Under the pieces are notes generated by a model, which saw only the letters and a list, made by a program, of their open reading frames with translations, did not search any database and was not told where the DNA came from. From the NCBI GenBank assembly GCA_035631515.1, contig DASQIP010000066.1, forward strand, positions 738 through 64,737: a DNA stretch of 64,000 nucleotides, written 5' to 3'. The DNA comes from Steroidobacteraceae bacterium (GTDB lineage: Bacteria > Pseudomonadota > Gammaproteobacteria > Steroidobacterales > Steroidobacteraceae). Shown here piece by piece: positions 28,197 through 36,629 of the stretch. The stretch's first letter is position 1. Every line of letters begins with the position of its first letter. The position numbers and the translations under genes are program-made.

Positions 28197-28379
28197 GTGA
28201 CTCCTCCTGGTCGAACGCGTCCCATATGTCGCTGAGCGGCGACATTATTCAGCTACAGAGATGTAGTGGAATTTCGACGGGCGCGTAGAGTAGTGACGAC
28301 CGTGTGGCAGTCGCAATAGCTCCGACGGACTACCCGGACGAGGTCGGGGAGATAACCCGCCGCCATTAGCGTTTGCACC

Positions 28380-29213
28380 ATGGCGCGGGCGACACGAATT
28401 GCAGTTCTTTGTCTGGCGTGGGCGCTGACGCTGCCGTGCGTCGTGCTGAGCGCAACGCCTCAGGCACCACCGCCTGCGGCGCCGCCGCCGCCTGAGTTGC
28501 TCGGCGATGGCGACTCAGTCCGCGTCACGGTGTTCCAGAACCCCGATCTGACGACCGAGGCGCGCATCTCCGAGCGCGGCTCGATCACGTTTCCACTGAT
28601 CGGCGAAGTGGTCGTTGCCGGCCTCACACCGGAGGCGGCCGCGGCGCGCATCGCCGACCGGCTGACGCGCGGCAAGTTCGTCGTCAGGCCGCAGGTGAGC
28701 CTCGCCGTGCAGCAGGTTCGAAGCCGGCAGGTCTCGGTGTTGGGAGAGGTCGGCAAGCCCGGCCGTTACGCCCTCGACGACGTCAGCAACAGCCTCACCG
28801 ACGTTCTGGCCCGTGCGGGCGGAATCAACGGCGAGGGCGATGGCGACGTGGTCGTGGTACGCAGCGTCGACGGCAAGGAGAGCCGCACGGCCATCGATGT
28901 GGCGCAGATGTACCGCAGCGGCAACATGTCGAATGACATGCGTCTGCAGAACGGCGATGTGGTCTACGTGCAGCGCGCGCCTCAGTTCTATCTCTACGGC
29001 CAGGTCCAGAAGGCCGGCGCCTATCGCCTGCAGCCGCAGATGACGGTGATGCAGGCGATCTCGGTCGGTGGGGGACTCACGCCGCGCGGCACGCTGCGCG
29101 GCCTGAAGATCGAGCGGCACACGCCGGACGGGCGGGTGAGCAAGCTCAGCGCTCAGCCGACCGACGTGGTGCGCGCCGACGACGTGATCATGGTGCGCGA
29201 GCGGCTCTTCTAG
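28380..29213 (+). CDS. polysaccharide export protein (Wza/EpsE family: Poly_export + SLBB)
   Basis: Signal peptide, GDGDSVRVTVFQNPDLTTEARISERGSITFPLIGEVVVAGLTPEAAAARI (Poly_export motif) and two SLBB-like repeats (VSVLGEVGKPGRY..., FYLYGQVQKAGAYRL). Confidence 0.85.
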   Translation: MARATRIAVLCLAWALTLPCVVLSATPQAPPPAAPPPPELLGDGDSVRVTVFQNPDLTTEARISERGSITFPLIGEVVVAGLTPEAAAARIADRLTRGKFVVRPQVSLAVQQVRSRQVSVLGEVGKPGRYALDDVSNSLTDVLARAGGINGEGDGDVVVVRSVDGKESRTAIDVAQMYRSGNMSNDMRLQNGDVVYVQRAPQFYLYGQVQKAGAYRLQPQMTVMQAISVGGGLTPRGTLRGLKIERHTPDGRVSKLSAQPTDVVRADDVIMVRERLF

Positions 29214-29225
29214 GGGCGCACCGGC

Positions 29226-30506
29226 GTGAGTCTGCGACAGTTCCTGCTCGCCTTGCGTGCCCGTTTCCGGGTGTTCGCCGTGTCGCTCGCGACGGTGGTG
29301 CTGGCCGCGGCGCTGGCGAGCTTCCTGATGCCGAAGAGCTACCGCGCGACGGTCTCGCTGCTCGTGAACGACAGGGATGAGCAGTCGATGGGCGAAGGGC
29401 TGCGCGCGCTCGGGCTGCCGCAGGAGCATCTGAGCTACCTGCAGACGCAGGCCGACATCCTCGCGAGCCCGAAGGTCGCCCGCCGCGTGGTCGAGCAGCT
29501 GAAGCTTGCCGGGAGTCCGGCGGCCCTGGCCGTGCTCGGCGTCCGGGCCGCGGGCAACCCGCGCCTCGAGGACGTGCTCGTCGAGCGGCTGCTGCAAGCT
29601 CTCAAGGTAGAGACCTCCCAGAGCAGCGTCATCCGCGCCACGGTGAGCTGCAGCGACGCGCGCCTCGCGGCGACGATCGCCAACGGCTTTGCGACCGCTT
29701 ATGTCGGCACGATGCTGGAGCTGCGCGTGGCGCCCAACCGCGAGGCCGCGGCCTGGTTCGATGAGCAGCTGAAGGGCCTGCGCGGGAGTCTCGAGGATGC
29801 GCAGCGCAAGCTGCGCGCCGACCAGGACGCGAGACGGCAGCAGCTGGCGCAGCACCCCGAGCGGCTCCCGGAGGTCAGGGACGACGTCTTCATCCAGCAG
29901 CTGCGGACGGACCTGCTGCACGGCGAGGAGAAGCTCCGCGAGCTCTCCACCCAGTACGGCGTGAACCATCCCGTCTACCAGCGTCAGGTGTCGGAGAATC
30001 TCCAGCTGCGTCGCAGATTGCAGGCCGAGCTGCGCAGAGTGGCGGAGGGCGTCGCCGATCCCGACGGCGCGGCGCTGCCGCGCACGGCACGCGAGAATGC
30101 GGCGAGCTCCGGACCCGGACAGCCGCTCGAGCCGGTCCTGCAGCACAACGTCGAATCCGCCGAGCATGCTTACGACACCGCGTTGCAGCGCTACTTCTCC
30201 AGCCAGGTCGACAGCCGGGCGAGCCAGACGAATGTCACGGTACTGAGTCCGGCGGCGGTGCCGCTGATACCCTACCGGCCCAACATTCCGCTCAACCTCG
30301 CGCTCGCGCTCGTCACGGGCCTGGGGTTGGGCTGCGCTTTGGTCGCGTGGATGGAGAGACAGGACGCGCGCGTGCGCTGCGCCGAGGATCTGGCCGCGGC
30401 GATGCAGCTGCCGCTGCTCGCGGTGCTCAGCAGCGAGGGCCGCAGCGCCGGCCTGCTGCCGCGGCCGCCCAGCGCGCCGCTGCGCGCGCTTCCCGGCCCC
30501 GGGTGA
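29226..30506 (+). CDS. chain-length determinant (Wzz/PCP, EpsF-like)
   Basis: N-terminal TM, Wzz-type segment (SYRATVSLLVN...), a long coiled-coil periplasmic region and a C-terminal TM (LNLALALVTGLGLGCALVAWM). GTG start. Confidence 0.8.
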   Translation: MSLRQFLLALRARFRVFAVSLATVVLAAALASFLMPKSYRATVSLLVNDRDEQSMGEGLRALGLPQEHLSYLQTQADILASPKVARRVVEQLKLAGSPAALAVLGVRAAGNPRLEDVLVERLLQALKVETSQSSVIRATVSCSDARLAATIANGFATAYVGTMLELRVAPNREAAAWFDEQLKGLRGSLEDAQRKLRADQDARRQQLAQHPERLPEVRDDVFIQQLRTDLLHGEEKLRELSTQYGVNHPVYQRQVSENLQLRRRLQAELRRVAEGVADPDGAALPRTARENAASSGPGQPLEPVLQHNVESAEHAYDTALQRYFSSQVDSRASQTNVTVLSPAAVPLIPYRPNIPLNLALALVTGLGLGCALVAWMERQDARVRCAEDLAAAMQLPLLAVLSSEGRSAGLLPRPPSAPLRALPGPG

Positions 30507-30513
30507 GCGCGCC

Positions 30514-31398
30514 ATGAGCGCCCGCGGCAGAGTACAGCCCATCGAAGGCACGGCCTGCGAGGCGCGTCGTGACCTGCGCATCGGCAGCATCCTGACGAGC
30601 GAGGGCAAGCTCGACAGCACGCGCATCGGCCAGGTTCTGCGTCTGCAGCAGATGCGGCACGGGGTGCGTTTCGGCGAAGCGGCGCTCGCCCTCGGGCTCA
30701 TCACGCGCGAAGACCTGCAGATGGCGCTCGCCAAGCAGTTCGACTTCCCGACCCAGCGGCCGAACGGCACTGCCGTCCATCCGGATCTGGTCGTCTGCCG
30801 CGACGCACTGCACCCGAGCTCCGAGCCGCTCAGGGCCCTGAGGACCCGGCTCCTCATTCGCCGCGCCGGCCTCGGCGGCCAGCCGCGCGCGCTGGCGATC
30901 GTGAGCCCCGGGTCCGGCGAAGGGCGCAGCTTCGTGGCGGCGAATCTCGCCGTGCTGTTCGCGCAGCTCGGCATGAGCACGCTGCTCGTCGATGCCGACC
31001 TGCGCGCGCCGCGGCAATCCCGCATCTTCGGCATTTCGGACCGGATGGGCCTCACGTCCGTGCTGTCGGGGCGTGCGGCGGGCGAGGTGCCGCTGCCGGC
31101 GTTCGGACCGCTGTCGGTGATGCCCTCGGGTCCGCTGCCGCCGAACCCCCAGGAGCTGCTGCTGCGGCCGGCGATGGCGACCTATCTCGAGCTTGCGAGC
31201 GCGCAGTTCGAAGTGGTCCTGGTCGACACCCCGCCGGCGCGGGACACCGCCGATGCGCACAGCGTGGCTTTCTGCGCCGGCAGCGCTCTGGTGCTGGCAC
31301 GATCCGACCATACCCGCCTCACCGAGGCCACCGCTCTGGCGCGCGACCTGGCTGAAGCCGGCGCGTTCGTGCACGGCGCCGTTCTCACCAGGTTCTGA
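30514..31398 (+). CDS. BY-kinase-like P-loop ATPase (EpsG-like chain-length regulator ATPase)
   Basis: N-terminal T2SSE_N-like segment (LTSEGKLDSTRIGQVLRLQQ...GLITREDLQMALAKQF), Walker A SPGSGEGRS, Walker A' LLVDADLR and Walker B VVLVDTPP. No C-terminal tyrosine cluster. Confidence 0.75.
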   Translation: MSARGRVQPIEGTACEARRDLRIGSILTSEGKLDSTRIGQVLRLQQMRHGVRFGEAALALGLITREDLQMALAKQFDFPTQRPNGTAVHPDLVVCRDALHPSSEPLRALRTRLLIRRAGLGGQPRALAIVSPGSGEGRSFVAANLAVLFAQLGMSTLLVDADLRAPRQSRIFGISDRMGLTSVLSGRAAGEVPLPAFGPLSVMPSGPLPPNPQELLLRPAMATYLELASAQFEVVLVDTPPARDTADAHSVAFCAGSALVLARSDHTRLTEATALARDLAEAGAFVHGAVLTRF

Positions 31399-31415
31399 CC
31401 GGGGGGCGCGGTGCA

Positions 31416-32891
31416 GTGACCCAACTGGCCCTGGACCAGCGGCTGATACTGCCGGGAATCGTGCTGTTGGGTGCGGCGTGCGGCGTGGCGCTCGCCGCCG
31501 GCGGCATGACCGCGTTCTATCTGTGCGTCTCGCTGCTCGCCTGCGGATTCGTGCTGGCCGACTTCCGCTGCGGCGTCGTGCTGCTGATTCTGCTCATGCC
31601 GCTTTCCGGCAGCGCCACCCTGTTCCCGCACGAGATGTTTGGCATCGTCGGACTCAATCCCCTCAACCTGCTGCTGGCGGGGACCTTCTGCTCCTGGCTC
31701 ATGCACGCCTTCGCCGACGGGAGCCTGAGGGGCTTCCTGCCGCGGCCGCTGCTCGTGCTCTACGTAGTGCCGATCCTGGTGGCCGGCGCGATCGGTACCC
31801 GCCACATTCACGAGATCGCGCCCACACTGCTCGTGATCTACCGGGGACTCGATTTCCCCGATGCCGCGAGCTACCTGAGGGAGCTGATGCTGAAACCTCT
31901 CCTCATGGTGCTGTTCGCGCTGCTGGTCGCGGCGGCCGTGGCGAAATCCGAGCGGCCGGTGCGCTGGCTGCTGCCGGCGGTCATCTCGATGTGCGCCATG
32001 GCGCCGATCGTGCTGGTGTACGTGGCGCAGTCGGGCATCGGGCTGCAGGCGCTCGCGGCGAGCGACGAGCGCGAGTTTCTCTCGGCGCTGGGTCTGCACG
32101 CCAACGACTTGGGCCGGCTGTATGCGATTGCCTACGCCCTGTTGTTATTCACCTGGGCAGAGGCGAAGGAGCTGCCGCTGCGCTGGGTGCTGCTCGCCGC
32201 AGCCGGCGCGACGGTCGTGGCGCTGGTGCTCACCTTCTCGCGGGGCGCATTCGTCGAGCTCGCCGTGGTGAGCGCTCTGTACGTGCTGTGGCGCCGCAGC
32301 CCGCGCACCGTCGCGTTCGCCGCGGTGGTCGCGGTCGCCGCGCTGGCGCTCGCGCCGGCAGCGCTCTACGAGCGCCTCGCGACCGGGGAGGGGGAGGGGC
32401 TGAACGCGATCAGTGCCGGCCGGGTCGATGGCCTGTGGCTGCCGCTGCTGCCTGAAGTGCTGCGCCATCCGCTGTTCGGCAACGGCATCAGCTCGATTCT
32501 CTGGTCCGAAGCCATGCGCGCGGGTGCCGGGCAGCAGGTGCTGGCCGTGACTCATCCGCACAATGCCTACCTCGAAGCGCTGCTCGACATGGGGCTGATC
32601 GGCACGGTGCTGGTGTGCGCTTACTTCGTGCACGTCTTCAGGTACCTGCGGGAGCTGTCGCGGGATCCGCGCCTCGAGCCGGCCCTGCGCGGCTTCTTTC
32701 AGGGCGCGGCCGCTGGGCTGGTCGGCATGCTGGTCTCGGACTTCACCGACAGCAGCCTGGCGCCGCGGCCCGAGCAGGCGTTCCTGTGGCTCGCGATCGG
32801 CATGATGTACGGCGAGTGCGCGCGACGGGTCGCGGCGGCCGCGCAGCCGGCCGTGCAGCCGGGTGCGCAGCCCGGTGCGCACCTGGCATGA
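31416..32891 (+). CDS. O-antigen ligase/polymerase-like membrane protein (Wzy_C family)
   Basis: About 11 TMs with a Wzy_C-type loop (TFSRGAFVELAVV...) and HPHNAYLEALLDMGLIG. GTG start. Confidence 0.75.
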   Translation: MTQLALDQRLILPGIVLLGAACGVALAAGGMTAFYLCVSLLACGFVLADFRCGVVLLILLMPLSGSATLFPHEMFGIVGLNPLNLLLAGTFCSWLMHAFADGSLRGFLPRPLLVLYVVPILVAGAIGTRHIHEIAPTLLVIYRGLDFPDAASYLRELMLKPLLMVLFALLVAAAVAKSERPVRWLLPAVISMCAMAPIVLVYVAQSGIGLQALAASDEREFLSALGLHANDLGRLYAIAYALLLFTWAEAKELPLRWVLLAAAGATVVALVLTFSRGAFVELAVVSALYVLWRRSPRTVAFAAVVAVAALALAPAALYERLATGEGEGLNAISAGRVDGLWLPLLPEVLRHPLFGNGISSILWSEAMRAGAGQQVLAVTHPHNAYLEALLDMGLIGTVLVCAYFVHVFRYLRELSRDPRLEPALRGFFQGAAAGLVGMLVSDFTDSSLAPRPEQAFLWLAIGMMYGECARRVAAAAQPAVQPGAQPGAHLA

Positions 32892-34402
32892 GCCCGGGAA
32901 CCCACACGGCGGTGGCGGCCGGCAGCTCCGTCCCGGAGAAGCTCGCACCGCGTGCCATGTCGCTCGGCGTCGCCAACGCCCTCGACTACGCGCTGCAGTT
33001 CCTGCTCCCCGTCGTGCTGGTGCGCTATCTGTCGCCGGCTGCCTTCGGGGGCTACCGGCTGCTGTGGCTCGCGACCGGCACGGTGATGGCCATGGTGACC
33101 CAGGCTATGGCCGGAAGCCTCTTCTACTTCCTGCCGCGCTCGGACGCCGATGGCAAGCGGCTCTACATCAACCAGGCGATCCTCTACCTGGGCGCGGCGG
33201 GACTCATCGGCGCCTGGGCCGTCAGCGCGCTCGATCCCTGGTTGCCGGCGAACGTACGCGATCTGGTCGGCAGCCGGCCGATCGTGCCGGTGTTCGTGCT
33301 GCTGTGGGTGATCGCCTCGCTCCTCGACCTGATCGGCAGCGCCGAGGAGCGCGTCGCCTGGCAGGCGCGCACGGTGGTGGGGCTGTCGGCCCTGCGCGCG
33401 CTCACGCTCTCGGCTACCGCGATCCTGACGCGCGAGCTCGAGCCGGTGCTGCTCGCGCTGCTCGGCTTCGCGGCTTTCAAGCTGGCGATGCTGATCGTGT
33501 ACGTGGCACGACATCACGGGGTGCGCGGGCCCTTTCTGCGGCGCGCCGCGTTCGTCGAGCAGCTGCGGCAGTCGGCGCCGTTCGGCTTCGCGGGCGCGCT
33601 CTACGGGATGCGCGGCCAGGCGGATCAGTGGGTGGCGAGCCTGCTGTTCCCGGTCGCGATGTTCGCCTCGTTCTCGATCGCCGCGCTTCTCGGTCCGCTG
33701 GTACACCTGTGCCGCCAGTCGGTGGGGCAGGCCTTCCTTCCGAGCCTGAGCCGGCTCGAGGCGGGAGGCGACAGCCGCGGGATGCTCGCGCTCAGCAGCC
33801 GGGCGAGCGTCATGGTCGCGACGCTCGCCTATCCGCTGCTCGCCTTTGCCTTCGTGTTCGGCAGGGAGATCGTCACCGTCATCTATACGTCGGCCTACGT
33901 CGATGCGGTGCCGGTGATGCGCATCTACATCGTGGGCCTCGTAGCCCTGGTGATCGAGCCCGCCAGCATCATGCTGTTGTTGCGGCAGGGAGCCTTCAGC
34001 ATGCGCATCGGGGTGCTGGCTCTGGCTTTCTCGGTTGCCGTGAGTTTCGCGGGGGCGCGCCTGTTCGGCCTGGCCGGCGCCGCGGCGGGCAGCGTGACGG
34101 CCATCTACTTCGAGCACCTGGTGACGCTGCGGCGCATAGGGAAACGCACCGCTATCCCGCTGCGCCGCGTGCAGGACTGGCGGTCGCTCGCGCTGCTGCT
34201 GCTGTGCGCGGCGCTGGCGGGGCTCGTGGCCTGGGGTGTGGTGCGTTTCCTCGACGTACCCGAGGCCGCGGCCCGCGCCGCGTTGGGCGGCGTGCTGCTC
34301 GGCACCGTGTACCTCGGCCTGGTGATGCTCTGCGGGCTCGGCAGGGACTGGTGGATGGCGCTGCAGCGCCTGGGGCGCCGCGGCGAGGCGGCAGTGCGAT
34401 GA
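32888..34402 (+). CDS. polysaccharide flippase (Wzx/MOP superfamily)
   Basis: About 12-14 TMs and an N-terminus (LGVANALDYALQFLLPVVLVRYLSPAAFGGY) typical of the polysaccharide biosynthesis protein family. ATGA overlap with the upstream stop. Confidence 0.7.
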   Translation: MSPGTHTAVAAGSSVPEKLAPRAMSLGVANALDYALQFLLPVVLVRYLSPAAFGGYRLLWLATGTVMAMVTQAMAGSLFYFLPRSDADGKRLYINQAILYLGAAGLIGAWAVSALDPWLPANVRDLVGSRPIVPVFVLLWVIASLLDLIGSAEERVAWQARTVVGLSALRALTLSATAILTRELEPVLLALLGFAAFKLAMLIVYVARHHGVRGPFLRRAAFVEQLRQSAPFGFAGALYGMRGQADQWVASLLFPVAMFASFSIAALLGPLVHLCRQSVGQAFLPSLSRLEAGGDSRGMLALSSRASVMVATLAYPLLAFAFVFGREIVTVIYTSAYVDAVPVMRIYIVGLVALVIEPASIMLLLRQGAFSMRIGVLALAFSVAVSFAGARLFGLAGAAAGSVTAIYFEHLVTLRRIGKRTAIPLRRVQDWRSLALLLLCAALAGLVAWGVVRFLDVPEAAARAALGGVLLGTVYLGLVMLCGLGRDWWMALQRLGRRGEAAVR

Positions 34403-35514
34403 GACTCATGTTCCTCACGGGCTCGCTTGCGTACGGCGGCGCCGAGCGTCATGCGATCACGCTCGCCAATCGCCTCAGCGAGCGCGGCCACGAGTGCCAC
34501 ACGGCCTGGGTGAAGCGCGACTCGGCGCAGCTCGCGCGCTTGCACCTCGACGGCGGGGCTTCCGCGTTCTGCCTCAACGCTGCGCGTTATCTCGATCTGC
34601 AGGCGGCCGGCCGGCTCGCCGCTGCGCTCGTGCGCCACCGGCCCGCGGCCATCGTGGCTGCCAACCCCTATGCCCTCATGTATGCCGCCCTGGCACGCGC
34701 GCGTACCCACCTGCGCATCCCGCTGGTCGTCATCTATCACTCCACGCGCTGGCCCGGCCTGAAAGAGCAGGCGCAGCTGCTGGTCTACCGTCTCTTCATG
34801 TGGGCGGCGGAGCGCGCCGTGTTCGTGTGCGAGTACCAGCGCCGCTACTGCCTGCGGCGCGGCCTGCGCGCACGGCGCAACGCGGTGATCCATAACGGCG
34901 TCGACGTGCAGTACCTGCGTGACGCGGCGACTCCCGCGGAGCGGGCGGCGCTGCGCTCCGCCCTCGGCTACGCCGCGGGCGACTACGTAGTAGGGGTCGT
35001 CGCCGGATTGCGGCCCGAGAAGAACCACGCGCAGCTCCTCGAAGCCGCCGCACGGCTGCGCGCCCAGGGTCTCGCCGTGAAGCTGCTGTTCGTCGGCGAC
35101 GGCCCGACGCGTGCGGCGCTCGAAGCGCGCGCGCACTCTCTCGGTCTCGACGCGCAGCTCAGGATTACCGGCTTTCGCGACGACATCCGTCCCTGCGTCA
35201 CCGCTTGTGACGTCATATGCACGTGCAGCCGCACCGAGGCGCTGTCCCTGGCGGCGATCGAGGCCATGGCGATGTCGCGCCCGGTGGTGCACTCGCAGGT
35301 GGGCGGAGTGGCCGAGCTCATCGAGAGCGGGCGCAACGGGCTGCTGTTCCCGGCGGGGGACGTCGATGCGCTGGTCGATTGCCTGCTGCGCCTCGCCGAT
35401 CCCGGCCGGCGCGCCGCGCTGGGGCGCGCCGCGCGCGCCACGGTCGAGCGCTGTTTCAGCGAGGGCCGCATGGTCGACTGCTACGAAGAGCTGCTCCGCG
35501 AGGTGTGCGCTTGA
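34399..35514 (+). CDS. GT4-family glycosyltransferase
   Basis: MRLMFLTGSLAYGGAERH N-terminus and a C-terminal GT1/GT4 E-x7-E region (SRTEALSLAAIEAMAMSRPVV). ATGA overlap with the flippase stop. Only the last 371 aa of the 883-aa ORF are real. Confidence 0.85.
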   Translation: MRLMFLTGSLAYGGAERHAITLANRLSERGHECHTAWVKRDSAQLARLHLDGGASAFCLNAARYLDLQAAGRLAAALVRHRPAAIVAANPYALMYAALARARTHLRIPLVVIYHSTRWPGLKEQAQLLVYRLFMWAAERAVFVCEYQRRYCLRRGLRARRNAVIHNGVDVQYLRDAATPAERAALRSALGYAAGDYVVGVVAGLRPEKNHAQLLEAAARLRAQGLAVKLLFVGDGPTRAALEARAHSLGLDAQLRITGFRDDIRPCVTACDVICTCSRTEALSLAAIEAMAMSRPVVHSQVGGVAELIESGRNGLLFPAGDVDALVDCLLRLADPGRRAALGRAARATVERCFSEGRMVDCYEELLREVCA

Positions 35515-36629
35515 AGCGCGCGGTCGCACTCCTGACCGGGCCGCGGTGCGCCGCGTTGAGCGGGGTCAGCACGCACGTCGAACTGCTGCTGCGCTCCGAG
35601 CTGGCGCGCGACTTCACCCTGATCCACTTCGAAGTGGGCCGCGAGGGACGTGACGAGGGCCTGGCCGGGCGCGTGCTGCGCCTGCTCGTCAGTCCGTTGC
35701 GGCTCGCCTGGCAGCTGTTGACGCGCCGCGTGGCCATCGTGCATCTCAACACGGCGCTCACTCTGCGCGCCTACTGGCGCGATCTCGCCTACATGCTGGT
35801 CGCGAGGCTATGCCGCGCGCGGGTGCTCTGTCAGATCCACGGCGGCCCCGCGCCCGAGGCCTTCGTCCGCGGGCGGCGGCTGGCGGCGGCCTTCGTGCGC
35901 GCGACGCTCGGGCTCGCCGACGTGATCGTCGTGCTGTCGAGCGCCGACCGCGAGGCATTCTGCCGCTTCGGCGTGGCGGCGCCGGTGCTGGCGCTTCCCA
36001 ACGCCGTCGATTGCGCCCCCTACGACGCGCTGGTGCACGAGCCGGCGGCGCCGGCCCGGCCGCTGCGTGTCCTGTATCTCGGGCGCCTGGTGCGCGAGAA
36101 GGGGTTGTACGAGCTCATCGAGGGGCTGGCGCTGGCGCGTGCGCAGGGCGCCGCCGCCGAGCTGATCGTGGCGGGCGAGGGACCCGAGGCGGCCGCCCTC
36201 GGTGCGGTCGCCGCGGCCGGCGGGCTCGCACCGGTCGGATTCGTCGGGCCGGTGCGCGGGGCTGACAAGCTGGCGCTGCTCTCGTGGGCGGACGTGCTCG
36301 CGCTTCCGAGCTACTCGGAGGGACTTCCGTACGCGCTGCTCGAGGGCATGGCGGCCGGGGTGCCGCCGATCGCGACACGGGTCGGTGCGATTCCGGAGGT
36401 GGTGGCCGACGGAGTGAACGGCCTGCTGCTCGAGCCGCGCTCGCCGCAGGCGATCGCGACGGCGCTGCACGCGCTCGGGCGCGACCGCGACGCGCTCGCC
36501 CGCATGGGCGCGGCGAGCCGCGCCACCATCTCGACGCGCTACTCCATCGACGGACTCGCGGCGCAACTGCGGGCGCTCTACGCGAGCCTCGAGGCGCGTG
36601 GCAGGGGGCACGATGTCGCACGAGCCTGA
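35505..36629 (+). CDS. GT4-family glycosyltransferase
   Basis: C-terminal SYSEGLPYALLEGMAAGVPPIATRVGAIPEVV motif. Start is GTG 35505 or TTG 35511, overlapping the upstream stop. Confidence 0.8.
   Translation: MRLKRAVALLTGPRCAALSGVSTHVELLLRSELARDFTLIHFEVGREGRDEGLAGRVLRLLVSPLRLAWQLLTRRVAIVHLNTALTLRAYWRDLAYMLVARLCRARVLCQIHGGPAPEAFVRGRRLAAAFVRATLGLADVIVVLSSADREAFCRFGVAAPVLALPNAVDCAPYDALVHEPAAPARPLRVLYLGRLVREKGLYELIEGLALARAQGAAAELIVAGEGPEAAALGAVAAAGGLAPVGFVGPVRGADKLALLSWADVLALPSYSEGLPYALLEGMAAGVPPIATRVGAIPEVVADGVNGLLLEPRSPQAIATALHALGRDRDALARMGAASRATISTRYSIDGLAAQLRALYASLEARGRGHDVARA

Noticed and set aside
28515-31055. 846-aa ORF on the minus strand spanning the Wza/EpsF/EpsG-like genes
   Set aside because: It is antisense shadow of three well-supported plus-strand genes. 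Composition is dominated by Arg/Ala/Gly/Pro with no motifs, which is typical of long spurious ORFs in high-G+C DNA.
32863-34398. First 512 aa of the 883-aa ORF fused to the GT4 at 34399
   Set aside because: It overlaps the flippase gene in another frame and the translation is Arg/Gly/Ala-rich. The GT4 homology begins at MRLMFLTGSLAYGG, with an ATGA junction.
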